A model generated the notes under the pieces. That model searched no databases and had not been told where the DNA came from. It worked only from the letters and a program-made list of their open reading frames with translations. Both the position numbers and the translations under genes were made by a program. Below, piece by piece: positions 19,674 through 30,500 of a stretch of 64,000 nt of DNA. Each line of letters begins with the position of its first letter. The stretch's first letter is position 1. Origin of the DNA: Verrucomicrobiia bacterium (lineage in GTDB: Bacteria; Verrucomicrobiota; Verrucomicrobiia; Limisphaerales; UBA1319); contig OY760937.1 in assembly GCA_963664225.1 (NCBI GenBank), positions 4,544,001 to 4,608,000 on the forward strand, read 5' to 3'.

Positions 19674-20384
19674 ATGCTTTCACTTGTTGCCACGCCGATT
19701 GGAAATCTGGAGGACATCACTCTGCGCGCGCTGCGCATTCTCAAGGAATGTGATGTAGTGGCTGCGGAGGATACGCGCCGCACCGGCCAGTTGCTCCACC
19801 ATTTTGGAATATCCAAACCGATGATCAGCTACTTCCGCTTCAACGAGGCCCGGCGAAGCGAGGAGATACTGGAACGCCTCGGACGGGGTGAAAAGGTGGT
19901 GCTGGTGACGGATGCCGGCACACCGGGCATCAGCGATCCGGGCCAGCGGGTGGTGGAGGCGGCGATTCAACGCGGGTATGCAGTGGAGTCGATTCCAGGG
20001 CCATGCGCCCTAGTTGCGGCATTGACCGCCAGTGGCCTGCCAACCGACGAATTTCATTTCATCGGTTTCTTGCCCCGTAAACCCGGACAGCGGCGCAAAC
20101 GATTGGAAGCGGTATCGAACTCTGGAGGCACGTTGGTGATTTATGAGTCGCCCTGGCGTGTGGGTAAGATTCTGGAGGAAATCAACGCGCTATGGCCGCA
20201 ACGCAAGGTGGTGTTGGCGCGTGAAATCACGAAGAAATTCGAGGAGTACCTGCGCGGCACCGCTGCGGAGTTGCTCCTGCTGCTTCCAACACGAGTCGTG
20301 AAAGGGGAATTTGTCGTTTTGGTGGGGCCGCTTGAGGAGCCTGAAACCAAAGAAGTTGACGAGGAAGATGAAATTCCTCATTAG
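19674..20384 (+). CDS. rsmI: 16S rRNA (cytidine1402-2'-O)-methyltransferase
   Basis: LVATPIGNLEDITLRA, AAEDTR, DAGTPGISDPG, YESP, AREITKKFEE, KGEFV. Confidence 0.95.
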   Translation: MLSLVATPIGNLEDITLRALRILKECDVVAAEDTRRTGQLLHHFGISKPMISYFRFNEARRSEEILERLGRGEKVVLVTDAGTPGISDPGQRVVEAAIQRGYAVESIPGPCALVAALTASGLPTDEFHFIGFLPRKPGQRRKRLEAVSNSGGTLVIYESPWRVGKILEEINALWPQRKVVLAREITKKFEEYLRGTAAELLLLLPTRVVKGEFVVLVGPLEEPETKEVDEEDEIPH

Positions 20385-20393
20385 AATAACACG

Positions 20394-21116
20394 ATGAAAA
20401 GATACTTCGGGTTTCGTGTCAGCGCATGGTTTGCCGTGCTGTTGGCTGCAATACTGCTGGCGGGCAAATGCCAATCAGCCGATCCTCAGACCAGCGGCGC
20501 ACCGACCAATGCTCTCTCCACCAATGCCCTGTCCAAATGGGAGCCAGAGATTCAGACGTTCGAGCAAATGGACAAGACGAATCAGCCGCCCGAGGCCGCA
20601 GTGTTGTTCCTGGGCAGCTCCAGCATTCGGATGTGGAAGACACTGGCGGAGGACATGGAAGGGATCAAGACCGTCCGGCGTGGTTTTGGCGGATCGCGGA
20701 TTGCTGACAGCACCGAATTGGCCGAACGGATTGTATTTCCTTACAAACCGCGGATGATCGTTTTTTACGCCGGGGATAATGACATCGCCGCCAAGGCGAC
20801 CCCGGATCAGGTATTGGCCGATTTTAAGGCTTTTGTGCAAAAGGTTCATAAGCATTTCCCGAATCTTCCGATTGCCTTTGTTTCCATCAAACCGAGCATG
20901 GCCCGTTGGGAGCGAATCGATCAGATTCGGGTTTCGAACGCCCTGGTGCGGCATTACTGCGAATCCGATCACAGCTTGAAATACATCGATGTATTTACGC
21001 TGATGCTTGGATGTGATGGAAAGCCACTCCCGGAGTTGTTTGAGAGCGACTTGTTACATTTGAACCGTGCGGGTTATAAACTCTGGACGCGCATCATCCG
21101 TCCGCAGTTGGAGTAA
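20394..21116 (+). CDS. Secreted SGNH/GDSL hydrolase
   Basis: FLGSSSIRMW, RGFGGS, YAGDND, DLLHLN. Confidence 0.85.
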   Translation: MKRYFGFRVSAWFAVLLAAILLAGKCQSADPQTSGAPTNALSTNALSKWEPEIQTFEQMDKTNQPPEAAVLFLGSSSIRMWKTLAEDMEGIKTVRRGFGGSRIADSTELAERIVFPYKPRMIVFYAGDNDIAAKATPDQVLADFKAFVQKVHKHFPNLPIAFVSIKPSMARWERIDQIRVSNALVRHYCESDHSLKYIDVFTLMLGCDGKPLPELFESDLLHLNRAGYKLWTRIIRPQLE

Positions 21117-21187
21117 ACCCCAATGCCGGTAATGCGATGGGCTTTCCGCAACGCTGACTGTAAGCGTCGCCGGATTTGCCCGTGAAC

Positions 21188-22162
21188 TCAAAAGAGACCG
21201 TTGGCCATCACGCCCATGATGCTCAGAGGACCCTGGTCTTCGAGACCTTCGGTTGCCTTGTCCAGTTTCTGCAGGGTCATGCGGGCGTTTTTATAGAGGG
21301 ACTCGTCGTTAATGAGTTTGCCGACGGAACCTTGCCCTCGATTAACTTTCTCAAAGATTTCCCGCAGATTGGTCATGGCGGTGGTGGTTTCCTTGTAGAG
21401 GGCTTCGTCCTTGGTGAGTTTGCCCAAGGTGCCTTTGCCGGCGTTAATGTCGTTCATGACCACCTTCGCCTCGCTGACGATGCTTTTGATATCAGTGGCG
21501 GTGTCGTTGAAATTGGTGACCGTGCTCAAGGCGGAATTATAGAGTGCGTCGTCATTGATGAGTTTGCCAACAGTGCCTTTGCCTTGGGCAACCTGCGCGG
21601 TAATGGTTTCAATGTTGGTGATGGTGGACGAGAGTTTGTCCTTGTTGTCCTTGATGAAATCGGTGATCGGCCCGAGCATGTTGCCGAGACCATCGCCGCT
21701 GAATTGTTTGGACATGCCTTCAACGCCGGAAGCCACCTTGTCGATTCGAGCCATCAGGGCGCTGAGGTCGGTTTGTTCGATGGTTGACAGTTCCGCGCCG
21801 GTGGAGATGAGGGGTGAATTGGAAGAGCCAAAATCGACGGACACATAATTCTGGCCCATAAGACCGGCAAACTTGATGGTGGCCTTGCTGTCTGTATGGA
21901 TGGCGGCGTCACTTCGATTGATTTTCATGAAAACTTCCACCCTGTCCCCGGCAATGCCGATGCGTTCCACGCGTCCGATTTGCACGCCGGCCATTTTGAC
22001 GGGATCTCCCTGTTTAAGCTCGAGCACGTTATTGAAACGGGCGTGAATGTAGGTGCCGTGTTTTAAGAATTCCAGGCCGCCGATCATTTCAATGATGATT
22101 ATCGCGGCCACAAGGGCCAGAGCAAAGAAAATGCCCAGCCGGGTTTCCAAGGTGTTTTTCAT
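21188..22162 (-). CDS. mlaD: MCE/MlaD family protein with long helical C-terminus
   Basis: N-terminal TM; LKQGDPVKMAGVQIGRV; GLMGQNYV; three G(K/Q)G(T/S)(V/L)GKL..D..LY repeats. Confidence 0.85.
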   Translation of the reverse strand: MKNTLETRLGIFFALALVAAIIIIEMIGGLEFLKHGTYIHARFNNVLELKQGDPVKMAGVQIGRVERIGIAGDRVEVFMKINRSDAAIHTDSKATIKFAGLMGQNYVSVDFGSSNSPLISTGAELSTIEQTDLSALMARIDKVASGVEGMSKQFSGDGLGNMLGPITDFIKDNKDKLSSTITNIETITAQVAQGKGTVGKLINDDALYNSALSTVTNFNDTATDIKSIVSEAKVVMNDINAGKGTLGKLTKDEALYKETTTAMTNLREIFEKVNRGQGSVGKLINDESLYKNARMTLQKLDKATEGLEDQGPLSIMGVMANGLF

Positions 22163-22953
22163 GGCGTTTGCCTTTCGATCTGTGAGTTCAAATTGTGATT
22201 GCTGCTGTATTCGGCTTTTAAGAATTTTTGAATCAAGGGATTAGTGCTGGCTTTGATTTCCTCCGGAGTGCCGATGGCCAGGATTCGACCATCGCTAATC
22301 ATGCCGATCCGGCTGGCGATGCCAAATCCCAGTTCGCGATCATGGGTGACGACGACAGAGGTGACGCCGGTGCGGCGGTTAAGCCGGAGAATTTCCTCGG
22401 CGATGGTGATGGCGATCATCGGGTCGAGTTCGCTTGTGGGCTCATCGTATAAAATGAGTTGGGGGTCGGCGACGAGCGCCCTTGCGATGGCCACGCGTTT
22501 TTTCATGCCTCCTGAGAGTTCCGCCGGAAGTTTATTTTCGACGCCCTGGAGGCCAACGATGGCGAGTTTTTCGGCGACGATGCGGGCGATTTCACCAGCC
22601 GGCTTCAACCGGTGCTCGGTGAGGTAAAGGCTGACGTTCTCACCGACTGTCAGGGAGTTGAAAAGGGCGCCGGATTGAAAAACCATGGCCAGGCGAAAGC
22701 GGTTGGCCACATCCTCGCCGTCGAGAATGGATTTGCCTTCGATGAGGATGTCGCCCGAATCAGGGCGTTCGAGGCCGATCATGTGCTTGAGCAGGACGCT
22801 TTTGCCGCTGCCGCTGGGGCCCATGATGACGAAGATTTCACCGGCCTTGATGTCGAGGTCCACGCCTTTGAGAGCGGCCTGGCCGGCGTAGGATTTATGC
22901 AAGCCGCGCACTTCGACGCGAACGCCGGGTTGAACTGTGGGGTTGGCGCTCAT
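22159..22953 (-). CDS. mlaF: MlaF-like ABC ATP-binding protein
   Basis: GPSGSGKS, VFQSGALF, ELSGGMKKRVAIARA, YDEPT. Confidence 0.88.
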   Translation of the reverse strand: MSANPTVQPGVRVEVRGLHKSYAGQAALKGVDLDIKAGEIFVIMGPSGSGKSVLLKHMIGLERPDSGDILIEGKSILDGEDVANRFRLAMVFQSGALFNSLTVGENVSLYLTEHRLKPAGEIARIVAEKLAIVGLQGVENKLPAELSGGMKKRVAIARALVADPQLILYDEPTSELDPMIAITIAEEILRLNRRTGVTSVVVTHDRELGFGIASRIGMISDGRILAIGTPEEIKASTNPLIQKFLKAEYSSNHNLNSQIERQTP

Positions 22954-23696
22954 TTTTGGAAAAACATAAGGACGCGTGTCAGGAAATAATCGAGAACCAG
23001 AATTAGAACGATGGAGTTAACGACGGCCTTGGTGACGGAGCGTCCGATGCCGCGCGGGCCGCCGATGGTTTGCAGACCCTGGTGGCAGGAGACGGTCCCA
23101 ATGCAAATCGCAAAAACAAAACTCTTAATGAGGCCGTTGAAAATGTCCTTCAATTCCACCACATCGCGCAGGTTGTTAAAATAGCTTTGAACAGAGACGG
23201 CGATGTTCTGGTTGTATGCACAAACCAAGGCCCCGCCAGTCCAGCCGATGAGGATGGCAAACACGACGAGGACGGGCAGGGCAATGCAGATGGCGACCAG
23301 GCGTGGAAGCACCAGATAGTGAACCGGGTTGATATTCATGGTGCGCAGCGCGTCAATTTCCTGATAGACACTCATGGATCCGATTTCCGCCGCCATGGCC
23401 GATCCAATGCGTCCGGCAATCAGAATGGACATCATGACGGGCGCCAATTCCCTGGCCAGCGATAAGCCGACAATGCCGCCCAGCAGGCTGCCCAATCCGC
23501 GTTCCACCAGGACCGGACCGGTTTGCAGGGCGAGAACACCTCCGATGAATACTGACAGGACGCAGGCCATGAGGAGGCTTGCATTGCCGATTTCAAAAAG
23601 CTGCTCAAATACCTTGTGCCGATGCCGCCAGACCAATGGCAGTGATCGCATGGTGCGCCACAATAGTATGAGCATTTCCCCAACGTTTTGAAACAT
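22950..23696 (-). CDS. mlaE: MlaE-like ABC permease
   Basis: RELAPV, AGRIGSAMAAEIGSM, EIDALRTM, LVLPR, AVVNS. Start placed at MFQNVG. Confidence 0.9.
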   Translation of the reverse strand: MFQNVGEMLILLWRTMRSLPLVWRHRHKVFEQLFEIGNASLLMACVLSVFIGGVLALQTGPVLVERGLGSLLGGIVGLSLARELAPVMMSILIAGRIGSAMAAEIGSMSVYQEIDALRTMNINPVHYLVLPRLVAICIALPVLVVFAILIGWTGGALVCAYNQNIAVSVQSYFNNLRDVVELKDIFNGLIKSFVFAICIGTVSCHQGLQTIGGPRGIGRSVTKAVVNSIVLILVLDYFLTRVLMFFQK

Positions 23697-23704
23697 ACAG
23701 GAAA

Positions 23705-25312
23705 TCAGTTTTTTTTCGGAGTTTGCACCGGGCCTTTGCCTTTGATCGGCGGTAAATATAATAGCCGCGTTTTCGATCCTTCTCCAGTGGATTCGTAGCG
23801 AACCAAGCCAAAGAGAAGGGAGAATTTCCTTCCCTCGGGCGCGTTTTGGCTGCGGTAGAGGTTCCACAGGAGCGACTGGCTGGAGACGCTGGTTTTGGCA
23901 TTTTTTTCTGAACGCCAGATCGACCAGACAGGCGAGTAATCGCGCTCGATGCTTTTGTTGTTTGGAATCAGTGGTTCCAGGATGGACAGGAGTTGAAGGC
24001 GTTCATTGCCCTCGCGATCACGGCGCGCGGTGAAAAGCGGCCAGAGATCGGTGCGCCGCAGGGCATTGGTCGCGCCGGGGGCTTTTTCCGTCACATCGGA
24101 GTAGAGGAAAAAGAAGACGCGCGAGCGTTCCCGCACCACGGCTTCGGAGGTGAATTTGTTGTATTTGTAGAGGGGCCAACAATAAAAATCGCTCTGCAGA
24201 TTGGTGTTGTAAACATGGCTGTAGAGCGGCCAGACGCGATTTGCGGTCTTGCCACCGCCGCGCGCAAACACGACCAACGGCCAGGGGGCATCCCATTCCC
24301 GATAATTCCTGGCCCGATCATCGGTGCTTGTAAAGAGCGGCCAGATGACAGTGGTGGAATCCCTTTGAGGGGACCGTTCCATCGAGTAAAGCGGAAGGAT
24401 GGATTGGAACTTTCTGGGGTTTTCGCCGCCAATGCCTGTTTTTTCACTCAGGTAAATGGGCCACAGAACAAAATCTTTTTCATGGCCAGGCACCATGACC
24501 ACGTCGTCGATGTTGTTGGTTTTGGAGGTGATACCCTTGGTTTCATGTCCAATGAATGGCCAAACCTGCCAGCCTTTCAAGGCATTACCATGGCGAACGT
24601 GCACGACCGGAAACAGGTAATTATCGGTGACGACATCCTGTTTCTGGGATTGAACGTAACAGGGGAGCAGGACAAAATGAATACGATCCCGCATGAGGCG
24701 GTGTTTCAGGGTGCCATAAATTGGCAGGACAGCTGTGTAGTTCTGATTGGTGTCTGTCGATCGTTGGGTGAAGACGATCGGGAACAGGGTGAACCGGTCC
24801 GTGGGTACCGCACGTTGATCCTTGCCGCCTGAGAAGCTAAAAAGCTGGAACCACTGGAATCGATATTCCGCCCCGAAGCGGTCATAAGTCAGGATGGGAT
24901 AGGCCACGTCAATCTCTTCCATGTCCAGGGAGGCATCCCGGGTGCGACTAACCAGTGGAGGCAAGGCCCATTGGCGTTGGGATTCTTTTTGTTCGGAATA
25001 GAACAGCGGGCCAAAAGCTTCCTGGCGATGGCCTGAGTCGAGCGTTAGCGAAAATTCCTGTGCAAAAGGTCCTGCTTCCAGTTCGTCGCCTTGGGCTGTC
25101 ATCATTCCTGCGTTTAGAGCAGACAGGAGAAATACGGCCATGACCGATGACTGGGCGGCTCGAAATCGGTAAAGCGCGCTAAGACACCCACTTTGCATGC
25201 GCCTTTCGATGGCGTTCAAAAGCAACATGGAAAACCGTCTCCACGACGTGGATACGCCGCAGCCAAAACCGGAACAAACATCCTGTAAAATGGAATCGAA
25301 GCGCTGCATCAA
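23705..25312 (-). CDS. Uncharacterised aromatic-rich repeat protein, putative outer-membrane/envelope partner of the MCE system
   Basis: Many hh(W/F/L)Ph(F/Y) beta-hairpin-like motifs; signal-like segment before DELEAGPF; stop 8 nt upstream of mlaE. True start uncertain and probably internal. Confidence 0.6.
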   Translation of the reverse strand: MMQRFDSILQDVCSGFGCGVSTSWRRFSMLLLNAIERRMQSGCLSALYRFRAAQSSVMAVFLLSALNAGMMTAQGDELEAGPFAQEFSLTLDSGHRQEAFGPLFYSEQKESQRQWALPPLVSRTRDASLDMEEIDVAYPILTYDRFGAEYRFQWFQLFSFSGGKDQRAVPTDRFTLFPIVFTQRSTDTNQNYTAVLPIYGTLKHRLMRDRIHFVLLPCYVQSQKQDVVTDNYLFPVVHVRHGNALKGWQVWPFIGHETKGITSKTNNIDDVVMVPGHEKDFVLWPIYLSEKTGIGGENPRKFQSILPLYSMERSPQRDSTTVIWPLFTSTDDRARNYREWDAPWPLVVFARGGGKTANRVWPLYSHVYNTNLQSDFYCWPLYKYNKFTSEAVVRERSRVFFFLYSDVTEKAPGATNALRRTDLWPLFTARRDREGNERLQLLSILEPLIPNNKSIERDYSPVWSIWRSEKNAKTSVSSQSLLWNLYRSQNAPEGRKFSLLFGLVRYESTGEGSKTRLLYLPPIKGKGPVQTPKKN

Positions 25313-25578
25313 TTCGGCAATATACTACGGCGTCTCATTTTGAGGCGTCAAGCACGGGAAAATGGCAGCTGATCGGATCGGGTGACACAAAATGCCGAGC
25401 AATACCTGATTTCGCGGCGTGAAACCTGCTCCATGCGTCTTGACATCTGTGATGGCGATAACGATGCTGCGCGCCAGCCTGATGGGAGCCGTTTCCGTGC
25501 GTTCCGGAAAGGCGCGGAATGGGAAGAAATGTTATAAGCAGATGCCTCATTTAATGGTGTGAGGGATAATTACAGGTC

Positions 25579-26424
25579 ATGATTGCGGCGTTTTTACTGT
25601 CAGTTGTCATGGTGGTGCTAGCGGAAATGGGCGATAAAACCCAGCTTCTGGCGATGGCATTTGCTTCACGTTATCGATGGCAGACGGTGATGTGGGGTGT
25701 GCTTGCAGCCACCCTTGCCAATCATCTTCTGGCGGTACTTGCAGGTAATACCCTTGTTTCGATCATTCCTCTGGGGTGGCTAAAAACGCTTGCGGCGGTT
25801 TCGTTCATCTTTTTCGGCCTATGGACGATTCGCGGAGATTCGTTGGACGGTATGGAGAAGACCACAAAAATGACCCCGTTTTGGACGGTTGCCGTGGCTT
25901 TCTTCATAGCGGAAATGGGTGATAAGACGCAGCTCATGACGATGGCAATCGCAGCGGACGAGGCGATCAAAATCGGAGGAGTCGGGCTTGCTGCAAAGGC
26001 CAGCCAGATCCTTCCCGTATGGATGGGATCCACCACCGGGATGGTGATCGCGGATGGCTTGGGGATCGTGGCCGCGATTGTCTTGAAAAGGCACATCCCC
26101 GAAAAAGCCATCAAATGGGTGGCGGCATTGGTATTCATTGGATTCGGGCTCTTTGGCATCGATGAGGGCCTGGATCATTTGTTCAAGACCACATGGCACC
26201 ATCCGGCGCTCGTGATATCCGTGCCAATGCTCGTTGGTTTGATGTGGATGATTTCTCGCGCCAAACCTGTCGAGATGGTGGTTGACGGAGATAACCGCGC
26301 CGATTCAAGCACTTTAAGCGCAAGTTGCGCAGGAGTTGGGGCGATGGATCGGTCGATCGAAAAGGACTGCGCATCGCGAAGATTGAGGGGCGGTAAAGTT
26401 CAAGGGGTGAGCGAGGCTAAATAG
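25579..26424 (+). CDS. TMEM165/GDT1 (UPF0016) Mn2+/Ca2+ transporter
   Basis: Two copies of AEMGDKTQL (ExGDKT motif); multi-TM. Confidence 0.9.
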   Translation: MIAAFLLSVVMVVLAEMGDKTQLLAMAFASRYRWQTVMWGVLAATLANHLLAVLAGNTLVSIIPLGWLKTLAAVSFIFFGLWTIRGDSLDGMEKTTKMTPFWTVAVAFFIAEMGDKTQLMTMAIAADEAIKIGGVGLAAKASQILPVWMGSTTGMVIADGLGIVAAIVLKRHIPEKAIKWVAALVFIGFGLFGIDEGLDHLFKTTWHHPALVISVPMLVGLMWMISRAKPVEMVVDGDNRADSSTLSASCAGVGAMDRSIEKDCASRRLRGGKVQGVSEAK

Positions 26425-26429
26425 GCGGT

Positions 26430-27341
26430 CTACTGCGTTTTTGAAGAGGCGGGGGTTGAATCCTGTCGATACTCAGAAAAGCACTCCAGGAAGTTCAGCA
26501 GCAGAAGCGAGGTATTTTGGCGCCTCCAAGTCAGGGCTGTTCGCACCGGTGGCAATCCTGGCGGCAGCGAACGAAAAACCAATCCCGGACGCTTTATCAG
26601 GGAAAGGGCGGCGGTGGTTGGCGCCACCCCGAATCCGGCCGAGATGAGCCACATTTTAATCTGGATATCCGGGGTGTAGTGCGCGGGATGTACTTTTGCG
26701 CCCGCCCTGGCGCATGCAGCCAGGAACGCATCGTAAAAACCATGCTGCTGGCTGGGCTGGATCATCACGAGCGCTTCGCCGTCGAAGTCCCCCCACTGAA
26801 GCTTGCGTTTGCGCGCGAGTCGATGCAGGGCAGGGGTGGCGAGCACTTGGAAGGTTTCCTCGACAAAACGGGACTCCAAATCGGGAAATTCCACCGGTGG
26901 TCGCAATAAACCGGCGTCCAACTCACCTGACCGGAGTTGTCGGAATTGCTCAGCGCTGGTTTGTTCGGAAATCAGAAGCTGCACGTCTGGAAAACGTTGA
27001 TGGTATTGACGCAGAATCCGGGCCAGCCAGGGGCTTGCCGCAGATGGAATGACTCCCACCCGGAGCAATCCCGCAGTACCCTTTTGCGCACGGCGCGCCA
27101 GGAGTTGAGCCTGTTGCGCAGCGGCTAGAATGGCGCGCGCCTGGTCAAGAAACAAGGAGCCAGCCTCGGTGAGAACGATCGTACGTGTGGTGCGTTCGAA
27201 CAGACGCACGTCCAGATCCTCTTCCAGAGCTTTGATTTGCGCGCTCACGGCTGGTTGGGCGACGCGCAGCCGTTCCGCCGCCCTGTGAAAATTGAGCTCC
27301 TCAGAAGCCACCACAAAGCATTTCAAATGGCGCAGTTCCAT
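26430..27341 (-). CDS. LysR family transcriptional regulator
   Basis: MELRHL..F...SEELNFHRAAERL.VAQPAVSAQIKALEEDL; LTEAG. Confidence 0.95.
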   Translation of the reverse strand: MELRHLKCFVVASEELNFHRAAERLRVAQPAVSAQIKALEEDLDVRLFERTTRTIVLTEAGSLFLDQARAILAAAQQAQLLARRAQKGTAGLLRVGVIPSAASPWLARILRQYHQRFPDVQLLISEQTSAEQFRQLRSGELDAGLLRPPVEFPDLESRFVEETFQVLATPALHRLARKRKLQWGDFDGEALVMIQPSQQHGFYDAFLAACARAGAKVHPAHYTPDIQIKMWLISAGFGVAPTTAALSLIKRPGLVFRSLPPGLPPVRTALTWRRQNTSLLLLNFLECFSEYRQDSTPASSKTQ

Positions 27342-27350
27342 ATTGGGATC

Positions 27351-27373
27351 ATTGATAACGAATAGTTATCAAT
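27351..27373. promoter_or_regulatory. LysR-type operator (T-N11-A, perfect 9-5-9 inverted repeat)
   Basis: attgataac-gaata-gttatcaat, 9 nt upstream of the lysR start in the divergent region. Confidence 0.75.
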
Positions 27374-27515
27374 ATGCTGCTGAATCTCTATTAGGCAATC
27401 CGCCAATTATCGGCGATTTTGCGTCGTGTTGTCAGGCAGACGCAGCGGGCGAAATTTCAAAAACGCCTAAAACCCCTGTATTAAGCGTATCACCTGACGA
27501 TCTTAAAACTGATAT

Positions 27516-30500
27516 ATGTGGATTGTCAGCCTTGCCTTGCGACGGCCCTACACTTTTGTGGTGGCCGCCCTGCTTCTTTTGTTGGTGACGCCCTTTGTTT
27601 TGCTGCGGACCCCGACGGACATCTTTCCGAGCATCAACATTCCGGTGATCAGCATCATCTGGCAATACAACGGTCTGGACGCGCAAGACGTGGAACAGCG
27701 TCTTGTTTACGCGAATGAGAGGGCGCTGAGCATCACGGTCAACGATATCGAGCACGTGGAGTCCACATCCTACAACGGCATTGGCATCATCAAGGTCTTC
27801 CTTCAACCGGGCGCTTCCGTGCCTGCAGCCGTGGCCCAAATCACCGCCATTGCACAGACTGTGTTGCGCCAGATGCCTCCGGGACAAACCCCGCCGCTCA
27901 TTATTCAATACAACGCCTCCACAGTGCCCATTCTCCAATATGGATTCAGCAGTCCCAAAATGGCGGAGCAGGAACTGTTTGATGTCACCGCCAACCAGGT
28001 GCGAATCGGTCTTGCGACAGTTCGTGGCGCGGTCGTTCCCTGGCCGTATGGCGGTAAGATGCGCCTGGTGATGGTGGATTTGAACTTGTCCTCCCTGAAG
28101 GCCAAGAATCTTGCACCGCAGGATGTCGTCACCGCAATGAATGCACAAAACCTCGTTTTGCCGGGAGGCGCAGCCAAGATCGGTTCCACGGAATATGACA
28201 TTGGGGTCAATGGCTCCGTGGTCCGTATCGAGGATTTGAATGACCTCCCCATCAAGGTCGTTGATGGCGCAACGATCCGTCTGCGCGATGTGGCACAAGT
28301 ACATGACGGATTCAATCCCCAGTTGAATGCGGTTCGTCAGGACGGTGTGCGAGGGGCGCTGCTGACGATCATGAAAAGCGGCTCAGCCTCAACGCTCGAT
28401 GTGGTGCGCCAGGCGAAGGCCTCGATGACCAGAATCATGAACACGGTCACCCCGGACTTGCAGGTGAAGGAGTTTGCCGATCAATCCCTGTTTGTGCGTG
28501 CTGCCGTGAATGGAGTGCTTCGCGAAGGGGTGATTGCAGCGGCCCTAACCGCTTTGATGATTCTGCTCTTCCTGGGTTCCTGGCGCAGCACGGTCATCAT
28601 CGCGCTTTCGATCCCACTTTCCGTAATGGCCTCGGTGGCCGTTTTGAGCGCCCTGGGAGAAACCATCAATCTGATGACATTGGGTGGTCTGGCATTGGCA
28701 GTGGGTATCCTGGTGGACGATGCCACGGTAGCGATTGAGAATATTCATCAACACATGGCCACCGGGAAGAAGCTTGAAGAGTCCATTCTCGACGGCGCGC
28801 AGGAAATCGCCCTGCCAGCCTTTGTTTCCACGCTTTGCGTATGCATCGTATTCGTCCCCATGTTTTTCCTGACAGGTGTGGCGCATTATCTGTTTGTGCC
28901 GCTGGCCGAAGCAGTCGTGTTTGCCATGCTGGCCAGCTACATCCTCTCACGAACCCTGGTGCCGACGCTGGTCATGTGGTTTTATCGCAATGTGCGAATG
29001 CATGGTTTTCATGAGGACGATTCGCACGCTTCAGTGTGGATTCGTCCGGCGCTAAGATTGCAACGCGCGTTTGAGACTGGATTCGAACGTTTCCGTCATA
29101 GCTATCGTGCATTACTCGCGGCCTGTCTGGCACGCCGTGTTTTCTTTGCGCTGGGGTTTCTCGGGATTTGCGCTGCTTCCACCCTCTTGATTCCCCTGCT
29201 TGGCGAGGACTTCTTTCCGAGTGTCGATGCGGGTCAACTTCTCCTTCACGTTCGCGCGCGGACCGGAACTAGAATGGAGGAAACCATTCGACTGACGTCG
29301 CAGATTGACGCGGTTATTCGCCAGGAGATCCCTGTCTCCGAGATTCGTGGTATTACTGATAATATCGGAATCCCGAATTCAAGCATTAACCTGAGCTACA
29401 ATACCAGCGGAGTGATTGGACCTGGCGATGCGGACGTGCTGGTCTCGCTCAACAAGGGCCACGCGCCGACGGAGGATCACGTGCGACGACTGCGCAAAGT
29501 CATGAACCGGGAGTTTCCTGGCACCCTTTTTTACTTCCTGCCCGCCGACATTGTCAGCCAGACGCTGAACTTTGGGCTTCCTGCGCCCTTTGACATCCAG
29601 ATTGTCGGACGGGACCAGGTCAATAATCGCCGTGTCGCCGGGCAAATTGTGGACCAGATCCGGCACATACCCGGCGCTGTGGATGTGCATTTGCATCAGC
29701 CTTCGGATCTTCCCCGGCTCAACGTGGCAGTGGATAGGGCCAAGGCTGCGGAACTTGGTTTGACCGAACAAAATGTCGCCAGTTCCATTTTGTTGAGTCT
29801 GAGCGGCAGCGGCCAGGTTTCACCTTCTTACTGGATGGATCAACGTTTCGGAGTCCAATACCTGATCAACACCCGCGTGCCAGATTACGCAATGAATTCG
29901 ATTGAGACTTTCAAATCGACCCCCATTGGTGGTGGGATTTCCGGAGCCTCCAGCGGCCAGATATTGGACAACCTTGCAACCGTTACTCGCGGATCAGGGC
30001 CGCCGGTGTTCAGCCACTACAATGTGGCTCCAGTGATTGACATTTTCGGCGGTGTGGACGGCCGGGATCTTGGGGCGGTGTTGCATGATATCGAACCCAT
30101 AATCAAGAAAGCAACGAACGACCTGTCCCGGGGCAATTCAATCGTATTGCGAGGTCAGGCTGATACCATGCACTCAAGCTACATTGGGCTTGGCGTTGGC
30201 CTTGTCATGGCGATCGCCCTGATTTATTTGCTGCTGGTCGTAAATTTTCAAAGCTGGCTGGATCCATTCATTATCATCACCGCGCTGCCGGGCGCTCTGG
30301 CCGGAGTGTTGTGGGGACTGTTCCTTTCGCAAACCACACTCTGTGTTCCGGCGCTCATGGGGGCGATCATGAGCATGGGGGTGGCAACCGCCAACTCCGT
30401 TCTCGTGGTGAGTTTTGCTCGCGACAATCTTCGGCGTGGAATGAGCCCTGTCGCCGCCGCCTTGGATGCAGGCGCTGGACGCATTCGACCTGTTTTGATG

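Noticed and set aside
25526..25548. gaaatgttata resembling a proteobacterial Zur half-site
   Set aside because: No matching second half; explained equally well as an extended -10 element.
25313..25578. yybP-ykoY or fluoride riboswitch upstream of the GDT1 gene
   Set aside because: The conserved core sequences could not be identified by eye.
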